Below, one piece after another: positions 26,660 through 40,905 of a DNA stretch of 64,000 nt. Source of the DNA: Octopus sinensis (lineage: Eukaryota); contig NC_043019.1 in NCBI RefSeq assembly GCF_006345805.1, positions 8,927,360 through 8,991,359 on the forward strand. The letters are read 5' to 3'. A program made the translations under genes and the position numbers. The notes under the pieces are model-generated. The model made no database searches. It was not told where the DNA came from and saw only the letters and a list, made by a program, of their open reading frames with translations. Position 1 is the first letter of the stretch; the number at the start of each line of letters is the position of its first letter.

Positions 26660-27099
26660 AAGGAAAGGAAAAAATTGTAGTCGTAGACTATCTTTAATTC
26701 ATAATCCTGGTTGGTACAGATCCAATACAATTACTGCAAATTGTTTCGGAGTCTAATTAATTCCAAAGACAAAAACGAAAAACTCTTCTTGAAATAAAAA
26801 TTAGATTCTTCGTCAGGAATAATTACGATCAATAAAAATATACAAAGACCTTTCATAGCTCAGACGACAACGAACAAAAAATCCCGTCTAAGCAACGAAA
26901 GGTCTTTGTATTTTTTCCTCGGTCGTGATTATTCATATCAACATGTAATTCCTGACGAAGAATCTAATTTTTATTTCAAGAAGATTTTTTCGTTTTTGTC
27001 TTTTAGACTCCGAAACAATTTGTAGAATTTATATTGGACCTGTACCAACCTGAATTATGGTTTAAAGATCGTCTGCGCCTACAATTTTTTCCTTTCCTT
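26660..27099. mobile_element. Inverted dimer (about 440-bp foldback) of an HHR-bearing PLE-LTR-like repeat
   Basis: Arms AAGGAAAGGAAAAAATTGTAG... and ...CTACAATTTTTTCCTTTCCTT are complementary over about 200 bp; loop about 26867-26883. Confidence 0.85.
26947..27029 (+). ncRNA. Type I hammerhead ribozyme with long stem II
   Basis: AATTC-CTGACGA-AGAATCTAA...TTAGACTCC-GAAA-C aattt GTA-GAATT. Stem I AATTC/GAATT perfect; GUA cleavage after 27024. The mirror copy on the minus strand (about 26730-26820) has GCA instead of GTA. Confidence 0.75.
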
Positions 27100-27237
27100 T
27101 AACCTCCTTTACTGTTTTTGCAAATACTAAATAGATAATTTTTCATAAATATTCTTTACTTTCACTGTACCGGGACGGACTTGGATGTTTTACCTCCCTC
27201 TGAAGGATTTCGGTCCATCACCTCTTTTATATATTCT

Positions 27238-27423
27238 TTTATTTGTTTCTGTCAGTTAAATGCGGCCATGCTGTAGCACCACGATTAGTCGAACAACTCG
27301 ATCCCAGGACTTTTTTTTTTGTAAGCCTAGTACTTCTATCGAGTTCTTTTACCGAACTGGTAAGTTATGGGGGCGTAAAAACACCAACATCGGTCGTCAA
27401 CCGATGGTGGGGAGACAAACACA

Positions 27424-27498
<75 letters not shown>

Positions 27499-27605
27499 GA
27501 CGAGCTTCTTTCAGTTTTCTTCTAGCAAATTCACTCACAAGGCTTTGGTTGGTCCGAAGTTATAGTAGAAAACAGCACCGGGAACCGTGTGGTTGTTATG
27601 CAACC
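27238..27605 (-). mobile_element. SINE family A, near full length with internal deletion
   Basis: Reverse complement of the 12194-12590 family. Confidence 0.85.
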
Positions 27606-27852
27606 TATATAGCACACAGCTATGTCTGCGCTCATATATACAATCGTGAGCAACGGGTATTTAGGATATGGAGCAGAGATTACATTTCTTGGACAATAAT
27701 TATGGAGCTGAATCTTTAATCCTGCGTGTTTAAAACATGCCCGTGGGCAACAACCGAAAGATTACGCTGAGTAACTCCTATGAATGTGAAATACTGTGTG
27801 ACGGAAGTGGCTGCATGCTGGTTTAAAAACGCAGACACACACACACACATAT

Positions 27853-28000
27853 ATATACGACAGGCTTCTTTCAGTTTCCGCCTATTAAATCCACTCACAA
27901 TGCTTCGGTCGGACCGACTATATAGTAGAAGTTACTCGCCCCAGGTGCTACGTAATACGACTGAACCCAGAACCATGTGATTTGGAACCAAGTTTCTGAC
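27853..28000 (-). mobile_element. SINE family A, 5' part
   Basis: CAGGCTTCTTTCAGTTTCCG..AAATCCACTCACAA..CTGAACCCAGAACCATGTG. Confidence 0.8.
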
Positions 28001-28011
28001 TAAACACGTGT

Positions 28012-28045
<34 letters not shown>

Positions 28046-28169
28046 AGTGTGTCCTTACATACAGACACATACACCTACATACACACATGCACATACATCT
28101 TTATATATACCTATGAACACGTATAATAAATATACACGTATGCTCACGTACATATATATATATATATAT

Positions 28170-28265
<96 letters not shown>

Positions 28266-28890
28266 CAAGAGAATAAAAATTTCTTCGAATGTTATCTATT
28301 TCATATATTCTGAATATTTCACTGTTTGTTTTCTGTGTCCTTATCTCTTCTGTATATTTTGTTCTGAACGATAAACTTCGTCAACTCCCTAGACATTTCA
28401 ATATTTTCCTTGTCTTATCTTCTTCATGAAGTGTCCAGTTATTTGCTTTTTTCCTTTTTTCCTTTTTATTATTTTATTGCCGTTAAATTGTAGGCAAGAG
28501 TCATTGCAATGATGCCGTTATCGCCTGATTTGCAGTTTCTTTGTGGTTTCCCTTTACTGCTTCTTCTACCATGAACCGGTCTTATTTGCATAGTAGGGTG
28601 TATATTTATCCTTCTCATTCGATTTTGTTTGTTAATCGTCTCATTGTATTAGGCTACAAATAAATCTTCCATGACGACTCTAAACAAGAGAAAGTGTTTA
28701 CAGTAAATAGTTGTGTTACTAATAAAAAAAAAAATGTTTTTTTTTTCTTCTAATTTTCTTTCCAAGCAATATATACGTTGCAATTTTAGTGTTGTAAGTG
28801 TAAGTTCAACCAACACTGAAATGGGTCGTGATTGTGTGGCCACTGTTATAGTATTAAATTATAGATTACATTTCCTGCTTGACGCCAGGT

Positions 28891-28939
<49 letters not shown>

Positions 28940-29016
28940 TATATATATATATGTATGTATATATATACATATATGTGCGTGTGTATATATATATATATAT
29001 ATATATACATACATAC

Positions 29017-29053
<37 letters not shown>

Positions 29054-29455
29054 TTAACATTTAAATATATATGTCTATTCGTATATATGCAAAAGCACAA
29101 TGATCTTGTAATGCTAGACGAAAATGGTTTAAATGGAATAACGTAGATATTCCTTATTTTGCTTTATTTTGCTTTATTTTTGTTATTTTAATACATTTTA
29201 TTCCATTTCCTTTCAATCCTTTGGAAATTTGACGAGTTTTTGTAACATTGTCTGAATAAAATAAGGAACAATTTCTTCATCTCTTACGACTAACATTCTT
29301 ATCATAACCAAAATAGTATTCTTTACACAACCACAAACGTTTTATTCCTACATAACTATATATACACACAGACATACATACACACATACATACATATATA
29401 TATATATAAGTATATGAAAGAATGGAGTTGAACGACTAGTTAACAAATATCTTTT

Positions 29456-29540
29456 ATTCTCGACATATGTTTCGAAGGCTGCATATTCCTAATTCCGAAG
29501 GAATAAGGAGTACATTATGCAGATTTCTCATCAGGAAAAT
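29456..29540 (-). ncRNA. Type I hammerhead ribozyme with intact core
   Basis: Minus strand: ATTTTC-CTGATGA-GAA ATCTGCATA...TATGCAG CCTTC-GAAA-C ATAT GTC-GAGAAT. 6-bp stem I (one GU), extended stem II, palindromic ACATATGT stem III, GUC cleavage between 29462 and 29461. Confidence 0.85.
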
Positions 29541-30107
29541 CAAGGAACTTATGTCGACATCAAAATGCACAAAACACTTTTAGCTGACCGCTCTCAAGGA
29601 GCCCATGGCGATAATGAGTGTCTCTTTATAATGAGTGACGTCAGAGTGGCTGAATGTAGAAGAATCTAGAAGTTTCTAAAGGTTCAAGAGTTCAAACGAA
29701 GTAGGAGGAGGGAGGCATAAGAATAGTAAGGTGAGAGAGTGCAGGTCAAAAGAATGGTGGGTTTAAATGATTTCTTTTGTGAATGAGTGCCTGTGTGTGT
29801 GACTGTATATAACTGTCTTAATGTGTGTATGTGTGTGTCTGAATGCGTGATTGTGTTTGTGGATGGGTAGAAGTCAGAAAACTGACAGCTGTGAGTTGAA
29901 AGGTCTGTGTCTGTGTGTTCGATTATGTTTACTGTAGGGAAAGAAAAGTAGATAACGAAAGAGAGAAGGAATCGGGCAAGGTGAGAGGCAACGCAAGAAT
30001 GGATAGTAGTAATTGGGAATATAAGAAAATCTTTTTGGACTATTGGGGTGAAATATAGCAAATTTTTTCTTTTTTTTTGGAAATCGAGGTGTTATCTATA
30101 TTAGTCA

Positions 30108-30875
30108 CTATTTATATGAATGAAATGTGTGTCTTTTCCAGTGTAAGCACCTGTAGGATCTTTCGACGATTGTGTTTATTAAAGGGCCTTTGGCGAACAA
30201 AATATGAAAAAGTTCGGAATTACAGATGCCACAAAATTTTCTGCCTTTATCAAACGGGAAGGACACCGACAAAATGGACCATTCGAGCTTGAACGTAGTG
30301 TTATTGTTCTTCAGACGCCAGACTAATTTGCTTAGCCCCGTGCTGTGTTGCTTTCTCTTATCTCTGACAGTGGAATAATGGTTGGAGACCCTTTGGGCTA
30401 ATTTAGAAGAGGTTGCGCCAATATAGAAGTAGACATCGGTTCCAGAAGAGATTTTGCATTGGTAAGTGGTGTTTCTAATTTTGGAATTTTGGGATAAGAA
30501 CTTTAATCTGTTGGTGTTGGTTTCCGATACTAAGACAGAGTTTTTATCGTTGTGATAGGTGTAAAAATTGTTGCTGGCTTTGGCCACGATACTATTCATC
30601 TTATTATCATTACTATTAGTTATAATATCGTCGGAAAATTCCCTGGCTATAGGAATGCTGCGATTGTTATCATCAATAATATAACTGTTATTAAGAATGC
30701 TGGTACTATTACCACTAACACCACCACTGTTAATAATCTGGCTAATGTTATTATCATTATTACTATTGCTAACGCTAATGCTGCTATGAATGTTGCTAAT
30801 ATCCATACTACTTCTATTATTATTATTATTATTGTATGTTACGTTGGAATGGGTAAGGGCGGTGTCGCTACTCAT
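30108..30875 (-). CDS. 255-aa ORF: Asn/Ser/Ile low-complexity N-terminus plus Penelope-type GIY-YIG endonuclease; no RT
   Basis: TTYQCKI..FYIGATSSKLAQRVSNH..TGLSKLVWRLK..WSIL..FCGICNSELFHI..LIN..RCLH. Has the GIY-YIG Y, YIG, R, H, E and N positions and the CxxC..CxH tail recalled from PLE endonucleases. No stop or frameshift across 768 bp. Confidence 0.75.
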   Translation of the reverse strand: MSSDTALTHSNVTYNNNNNNRSSMDISNIHSSISVSNSNNDNNISQIINSGGVSGNSTSILNNSYIIDDNNRSIPIAREFSDDIITNSNDNKMNSIVAKASNNFYTYHNDKNSVLVSETNTNRLKFLSQNSKIRNTTYQCKISSGTDVYFYIGATSSKLAQRVSNHYSTVRDKRKQHSTGLSKLVWRLKNNNTTFKLEWSILSVSFPFDKGRKFCGICNSELFHILFAKGPLINTIVERSYRCLHWKRHTFHSYK

Positions 30876-31015
30876 GGGTGGAGAGACCCTATTTAGCAGC
30901 TTATTATTGTGGGAAGCTTTCGAGCTCTGACTGCCAAATCTCCCAAGGCCTACCGCGTTACAAATGAAGGAAGACTATTTTCGATAATTACTCTTTGTCT
31001 ATGCACACACAAACA

Positions 31016-31085
<70 letters not shown>

Positions 31086-33789
31086 GACTAAAGTTTCCGA
31101 TGAGAATTTCTTCGAATTTTTCAATAAGAACTGACTTCGGTCTCACGTAAACAACAGCCACACCATGTACAACAGCTACAACTGCTGCTGGTAATTCTCT
31201 TCCCTATTTTCCCCCTCACCCTCTTTTCCTTCTCTTTCTCCTCCTCTCCTTCCTCCTCTTCCTCCCTCTCCTCCTACTTCTACTTCTACTACTATTACGT
31301 AGAAAACCAGCACATCAATGGAATATATAGAATCTGCAAAGCTATAAATAACAGCTAAATACCCCTGAAATATCATCTAATAAAGGAACGACAATGTGGC
31401 TGATGTAATGTTTAATGAAATTGCGCCTTTAAAATATCTCGAAAGCGATTAACTGGGCGTTAACCCTCCCCAAACCACCTCCCCTGCAAAACAGCAACAA
31501 TTTCTCTATACAGCCCACCCAAGTATTGCACCACAACTGCAATTACAAGAACCTTATCTCCAAACAGCTGACCTTCATGTTGAACCATTACAACAATAAA
31601 ATTGAAGGCAACAACACTGCAAACATAGTTATTAATTTGTAGATTCTTGAAATAAATGTTATGCGATATTCATATGAATGACCCCTGTTATAAATCAAAG
31701 TTGTTCTAGAAGCATGGCATAGAAATGGCGACCAGTGAGCATATTATCAAACTGACATAATTTCCCATGACAAAAATCACAATGGCGTATTAATAACTGA
31801 CATAGCTGTACCAAATGAATATAATGGTGAACAGGAGCAAGCTGATATGGTAACGGATTCCACCTGATTTAACTATTGAATTAAAGACAATATGCCAATT
31901 AAGAAATCTGTCCATCATCCGATTTGCAAATTAACTGATAAGATTTTAATACGAACTCGCGTGATCGGTAGAAATTCTACGTTTCACATTTTAGAAATAT
32001 TCTTATTTCTATGCAAATCCATAAATTTGTAGATATTTGCAATATGGTTTCACTATGTTAAGAGTTTCAATTATCGGTATGATTACGTTCCACAGTTGAG
32101 GTTCCGTAAAGCGTAACATTTAAACTTGTTTTACTATATAAATAATTATGATTATGTGTTCGGTTTCATCTTAAAGTGGGGATAATTTAAAATCGAACAC
32201 CAGAAATTGATTTGTTATACGAACAATGTCTTGTGTCTCCTCGCATTTATTCGGTAATTAAGCCAGTTCAAAACGAAACACACGAATCCAACCAAGATTC
32301 AGATTATGTCTTCGACTTCCTTCCATATTTAAACATAATTGTTACCGATTTTTTGTTATGCACAAAACTCGAACACATGTCTAAACGTTGGTGCGAATTC
32401 AACATAGCAGACGTTGCTATTGGAAGATATTTTAAGCAAAATTAAAAACGATATTACCAGTAATAGTAATGCTTTATTCTGCAATGCGTTTTAAAAGCTA
32501 TCTAATAAGAGTTCATTCGTATTTTGTTGCAGAAAATACGGAAGTTCGTATGGCATTTGATCCATTACGTGAAAGGGTCGTCTTTAGCAACTTCACCTGA
32601 ATGAATTCCATCTCAAAGAATATCGTGACAAGTTTTTGTAACTATTATTAACCCTGCGTTAGTTGCCTCGAGTTTCCGAAAATGGAGAATCCCCTGGAGT
32701 GAGTACACAACACAAGAAAATATGCTTAGTTTTACAATTATGTGAAATATTGTCATACTGATGAAAAAAAATAACATCACAAGCAATCTCCGCTACAATA
32801 CATATTTAATCAAAACTTGTACTGAAGATTCAATTATTCATTGAAATGGAAATTATAATAAATTTGTTGCATAAACCATATGCTGTAAATTGTAGGTGAA
32901 ACGCACAAATAGAATAAATATAGAAAAGCCTTAGACATCAAAACTAACCACAATATATTTCTATGAATTGAAATGAAAAGAAAAATCCAGGGGAAGCCAT
33001 TGTATAGCCATTACCGTTCTCTTTGATTCAAAATCCGTTGCTACATTCTCACAATTTGTGCAGTTCGCAGTCATTTTGCTGTGATATGAAATATTTCAAA
33101 ATCTGTTGCTTTACAAAAATTGAGAAGAGTGTCTAAATCAATGAATTACGGTTGCAAAGTCTTCGTGAACGAATGGATCCTACTTGATGGAGAGATGAGA
33201 ACTGAAGTTGAAAGTTTTATCGTTTCTCATGAGTTCAATAATGTATTATCAAGGGATATTGGCCCACAGTTTTTTCCAATCACGCCTTTCATCTCAACAT
33301 GCAGTTTGACTCCATGACGTTCAGGAGAGAAATATTTCAGAAAATTGGCAATGATGAAGAATTAACTTTGACCACGGTGGAACATCCAAGATGCTAGGAA
33401 CTACTTGTCAACTAAGAAAAATGGAAAGGATTTTAAAGAGAATATAGTCTGAGCTATTCAATGAATATTTTTACAAGTGTGACACGTAGCAAGAAAGTCT
33501 TTTTGCAGACAGCGTACTGTGATGAATATAAGTTAGTAAAACTTATCTTACTCAGCTCAAACTTCATATTGACAGGTGTTTTTAACCTTTCTATGTATGT
33601 ATCATTCATCAGTTTTTGCATTTAACATTTATGCATAACATTTAACATTTGTACATTAGATGCATCTGTGTATTTCTGTGTTTTTGCATTTATCATTTAC
33701 GTATTGGAATTTATATATGACTTATCAGTTATGTAGAATTAAACTTTTCAATGTCTATATAACTTGTCACTTCCAATTATATCTAATAA

Positions 33790-34190
33790 GTGAAGTTTGA
33801 CGTGTAAATTTGGAGATTTACAGAAGAATTTTGAAGAATCCAGTCTGGCAAACGTGAAGTTCATCGAGTCAAACGGTTTCAAAATTCCAACCTCGTGGTG
33901 GATATATATATATAAATCCCTGTCACGCATAGTTTGGCATTCGAGGGCCAGGAGCTATTCAACCACTTGGCAAAATGCATAGCCCTTCATGGTTTAGGGG
34001 TGGATGTTTTCAAGGAACAACTTGTACACCTGGAATGAAAAGTCTCAGGTGAAGCTTTATCAAGGCAGAAATCTCAGAAGGGGGCAGCAGTGTCGATCTC
34101 GCTCCTTCATCAAAAGACAATCATATATAAGATAGGTCATTCAAAAGGTTATTACACTGGCAATACTCCAGAGTGGCCACAACTTTAGGG
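33790..34190 (+). mobile_element. 3' end remnant of a CR1/L2-group LINE
   Basis: HSLAFEGQELFNHLAKCIALHGLGVDVFKEQL...GAAVSISLLHQ resembles the recalled SLxFxGPxLFNxLPKCIRxLHGVxVDVFKxKLD..RAAxSNSLLHQ. Confidence 0.7.
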
Positions 34191-34411
34191 CTAAGACACA
34201 TAAAAGAATAAAAATATACATGTTGATTTTGGTGAAATAACTCTGATTTTAGCAGGGGGTAATATATACACTACTGAATCTGCATTTAACTTATATTGTG
34301 CCTGTAGCGGTGTGAACATGCTAGCCACCTTATTAATACTGTGTGCGTTTGTGCACCTATTTCTATATTGTGTATCTCTCTCTCTCTCTCGCTCTCTCTC
34401 CATATATATAT

Positions 34412-34442
<31 letters not shown>

Positions 34443-34861
34443 TATATATATTATATATATAAAGAGAGAGAAAGATACACAAACATACACTAATAGGCAC
34501 ACACGCTCACACACGGAGTTGCTAGTAAGCACAACTATGGCTAGAAATAAGAGTCAATTCAACTGGTAGCAACGAGGCTAAGAGGTGATTTGATTCTTAT
34601 TTCTTACAATGCTGGTGCTCACTAGAACCCACCGTCACTTTAGCGTCGACTATATATGCTGCCTTTTAGTTGTAAATTCCGACTATATGTATATATATAT
34701 GTGCGTGTGTATACATATATGTTTCTATATATATATTTGTATGTATATATAGATATATATAAATGTATATATATATATGTATGTATATAATTATATATAT
34801 ATATATATATGTATGTATATATACATATATTTATGTGTATATATATGTGTGTGTGTATGTC

Positions 34862-34892
<31 letters not shown>

Positions 34893-35321
34893 GCGTGTGT
34901 GTGTGTGTGTGTCTGTGTGTCTGTGTATGTATGTACTGGATATTAGCAACGGCTTTACCGAACGCCCAGCGACTTGCTGAAGTAAAACATACAATCCAAT
35001 TACGAGAATTTACCATTATGTTCTTAAGCCTAGAAAACAAAAACATAGTATTTTTCTGTTTTCTTTCTTTCTTTTTGTTGTTGCAGAAACATAATTCGAG
35101 GAATCCCTCGTAACCATTTACATTAAGGAATATTCCCGAACGTTGGGAACCATTACAAAACATCTCCCGAGAATATATAGTAATTGTGAGAAACAAAAAA
35201 CAGCATTCCTCCCAAACGCGAAGCACCGCGCCTAATGAAACCGAAACCTCGTGATATAATCAGTTTGGAACCGCCATAAAAAACTTTCTGTAGAATATAT
35301 TATTATATTTGATTTTTTTGT

Positions 35322-35526
35322 CTTTATTTATTTTAGCCATTAGAACGGGGCCATGTTGGGTCACCGACTTGAAACATTTTTAATAGAATGAATCGACTCT
35401 CGGACATTTTCTTTTTAAAGCCTTGTGTCTATTATAGAACTTCTTTTACAGAACTTCTAAGTTACAGAGACGTAAGTACACTAACGCCGATACATAAAGA
35501 CACACACAAACGTATACACAGACACG

Positions 35527-35567
<41 letters not shown>

Positions 35568-35975
35568 GTGACCTCGTGTGTACCGTTGGCGATTTTATTT
35601 CCTCTGTCTTCCCTTCTCTGGATCTTTCCTTCTCTTATGTTTCCGACGAAGAGCTCCGCTCGGAACGTTAAACCCTCCTTCTTTCCTTCTTTCTTGAGCG
35701 TCCAATAATACTATATTTGTTCCACGTCCTCGCGTTGTTGTATTTTTTGTGCTTTCTTGTTTGGATTAACTTTATATATATATATATATGTATATATGTG
35801 TGTGTATATATATATATATATACGATGTGCTTTCAGTTTCCGTCTACCCAATCTCCTCACACGACTTTGGTCGGCCGAAGTTATAGTGCAAGACATCTGC
35901 CCAAGGTGCCACGCAGTTAAGACTGAACTGAGAAATATTTGGTTCGAAAGTAAGCTTCTTACCACACAGCCACGC
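35322..35975 (-). mobile_element. SINE family A interrupted by an H1 element in its internal microsatellite
   Basis: 3' half at 35322-35520 and 5' half at 35820-35975; the insert at 35568-35770 lies within the (CA)/(TA) tract. Confidence 0.75.
35568..35770 (+). mobile_element. H1 PLE/retrozyme-like repeat, copy 2 (HHR core mutated)
   Basis: GTTT-CCGACGA-AGAGCTCCGCTC-GGAA-CGTT-AAAC at 35639-35673; two core changes relative to the 2.08-kb copy. Confidence 0.8.
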
Positions 35976-36643
35976 TCTGGTGGTTACAAAGATAGAAAGA
36001 TAGAGAGATAGAAACGTAGATGTCCAAGAGAAATATAAATCTAGAACTGTCAAATCGGAACCGGAGACGGATGGAAGTGAATATGGTGATTACAATGATC
36101 TTTTGTTGGCATGCGTTTCAGGAGGCAATGTCCTTGGCCGCGACAAAATTAGTAACATATGGATGAATAGATTCTAGCACGAAATTTTCGTGGTTTTCAT
36201 TCACAAAAATGCCACCTAATGATTCAAGAAATTGACCCAGAGTGAGAGCTGTCTAGATACGGAAAAGATCTTCAGCTACCTTTGTCTCGAGTGACAAGAG
36301 AATGTACAAAAATCATCGTTTACCTATTCGGTTGCCAAAAATCGCACACGAGACACAAAGAGTTATTTCTTCCAATATATTTAAGGAAATAGAGATTGAA
36401 CATGGAATTTGAATTGAAACTATTTTAAATTTAAATTAACATCGCGCCTGAGGAGAAAGTAAATTTATTCGATAGATTTACCTTAATATGGAACTGCACA
36501 GCTGCAGCAAAGACCGTGTCTTTATTTACATAGATACATCACTCTTTAGCTCTATGCGAGTTTTATACACACTTACATATATAGATAATTATACGTATAT
36601 AGGTTCCTCGCGTTGTTGTGTTTTTTGTGTTTTCTTGTTTGGA

Positions 36644-36691
<48 letters not shown>

Positions 36692-36704
36692 CATTACACC
36701 ACAC

Positions 36705-36738
<34 letters not shown>

Positions 36739-37593
36739 ATATTACATATACACACACACATATATATATATGCATGCATTATTATGTGGATGTATACATA
36801 TGTATGTATATATATATATATATGTGTGTGTGTGTATGTATATTTATATGCATATACATATAAGTGAATATACATATATGTATATATGTATATATGTATA
36901 TGTATATATATACATATAAGTGTGTGTATGTATCAATGTATATATAAATATATTCATACATACAAACATATATGTAAACATGTATGTGTGTGTGAGAGAG
37001 TATGTATGTTTGCACATTTATATGTATGGATGTATGGATGTATGGATGTATGCATGCATAAACATATTCGGAGTTCCAATGTTTTCAATATTCTTATATG
37101 GAAATATCGAAATAATTGATACATGAAGGGAAACTTAAAAACAGCAATTCATCAGAAACAGCGCAAATATATTGTTAACTGAAGTGGTTGCCAGTTAATG
37201 GAGGAAAAACAGACAAAATGGACGACTAAAAGAAGAAAAGAAATACTTCGATTGGAGAAGAAAAAACAAAAAGAAACCAATGGATTTGCTATCAATATGC
37301 AGCATTTTGTTGTATAGCTTGTTATTTACTTAATATATAGAAGTATATTGCGTGTGTATAAGGAATGGTGTGTCTATAATGAAGTTTAAATATGAAAATA
37401 TGTATTTATACATAACTCCGAGGCATATGTATATATTTATATGCATGCAGCCGTATTTATACATACGTATATACAATATATAAATATATATGTATGTATA
37501 TGCATGTGTATATGCATGTGTATATACATATATATGTATATATATATATTCGTATATATATACATATATATAATATACGTATATATACATATA

Positions 37594-37656
<63 letters not shown>

Positions 37657-37832
37657 CATCATATGTATTTATTTTTGAATATATTTATAGATTTATATAC
37701 TTAAGTATATATACGTATGTGTGTTTGTGTGTGTAGATATATATATGTAGTCATGTCAATAATTATATATATTTTTATACACGCATAGGTATATGTGTAT
37801 ATGCACACATAGATATGTGTATGCATATATGA

Positions 37833-37866
<34 letters not shown>

Positions 37867-37956
37867 CATTTATATTTATAGATATGTATATATAATATAT
37901 GTGTGTGTGTGGAGATATATATTTCTACATATATATTATATGCATATATATACATG

Positions 37957-38059
<103 letters not shown>

Positions 38060-38759
38060 ATGCATGTATATATGGATATATGTATATGTATGTGTGTAAG
38101 TATGTATGAATGTATCTGAATGAAAACACATAGGCATCAAAAATTAATATATGTACGCATAATTAATTATCATGGATTATAATGCATTATTCAGCATAGA
38201 GGTCTACGAAAGAATGGATGTATCTGTACGTACACGTATAAATGTGTGTTCATATTAGTTTGCATCCATGTGTGTACAACTGTATATATGTATGTAAGTA
38301 TGTGTATATATGTATATATATATATATGTGTGTGTGTGTATGCTGAGACAGCCAGAGAGAGAGAGAAAGAAGAGAAAATGAGCGGGGGAGAAAAAATACA
38401 GTGCGAGAGGGAGAGGGAAAGAGGAGAGAGAGAGAGACAGATCCAAAAATACCAGCATATTTAAAAAAGGAATAACAATGACAACGTCAACCGCGTAGTA
38501 ATAATAAGAATAACAATGGGAAAATCTAACAATGATGAAAGCAACAAGAACAACAGTAAACGGAATAAACGGCAAGGAGTAATAAAGTGGAGGCTGCACA
38601 AAAATAAAACCAGTTCAAACAACAGCATCATTAGAAATTTCGACAAGAACAACGACAAGAATAAGCATACTTGCCATAACATTAATAACAATAATAGTAA
38701 GAATTGCATGGGTAATATATCCCTGACTCGGCAAATATAACACCTACAGCAACTACAGC

Positions 38760-39690
<931 letters not shown>

Positions 39691-40026
39691 CCATCGTCAT
39701 TCAGAGTTACGAATTGAGAAAACATGCAAAAATCAAGCAAATATCAAAACCGAAATCCAACAAAGTATAAGAAAAATGAAATAAAATAAAAATAGACAAA
39801 TATAAAATAATAATAATAATAATAATAATAAAAAAGGGAGAGAAAAGCTCGTACAAAGCTCGAAGAACGTTTCGCGTGTGATTCAGTGAATTTCAATAGA
39901 CATTTAATTGCTAACTCGAAATTGCATATTTGTTCATCAATTTGTGATAATAAGGCCATTTAGATGTGGGACGTTTCATTTCTCTCCTGCTTCTCTATAT
40001 TGCCTTTTGCTCTCTCTCACTCGCTC

Positions 40027-40059
<33 letters not shown>

Positions 40060-40193
40060 CTCTCTCTCTCTTTCTTCCTCTCTCGCTCTCTCCATCTTTC
40101 TCTCTTGCTCTCGCTCTTTTCTGTCTATCTCTCTTCCGCTCTCTTCCGTCATCCAATCTCCCTGATGTCTCCCTTTCTCTCTCTCCCTCTCTC

Positions 40194-40240
<47 letters not shown>

Positions 40241-40401
40241 TTCTCTCTCACTGAATGTTATATTATTCTCCTCTATTTGTATACATCAATACAGCACACT
40301 TTCTGTACATCAATTCGTCTCTGCCGACCCTGCACATGTGTATGTGTGTATATGTCAGCGCGAGTGTATGTATATGTGTGTATGTATGCATGCATGCATG
40401 T

Positions 40402-40459
<58 letters not shown>

Positions 40460-40520
40460 ATATATACATATATATATAATATACATGTATACATATACAT
40501 ATACACATATATATAGATAG

Positions 40521-40553
<33 letters not shown>

Positions 40554-40844
40554 ATATATATATATATATAAACGTATGTGTGTGTGTGTGTGTGTGTCAC
40601 TCTGCAAATATGTATGTATTATATATATATATATATATATATATATTTACATATGTATATATATAGATATATAATATATATATGTATTTGCGTGTATATA
40701 TTTGCGTATATGTTCTATGTATGCATATGCTTATAAAGACATAAATATATGTGAAGACACTGGGGAAGCAGATTACGATTGATGTCAGTCAGCCAGACAG
40801 ACAGAAACACAGACAGACAAAGAGACATACGGACAGAGAGACGA

Positions 40845-40905
<61 letters not shown>

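Noticed and set aside
30552-30896. 114-aa plus-strand ORF
   Set aside because: Antisense shadow of the low-complexity part of the GIY-YIG ORF.
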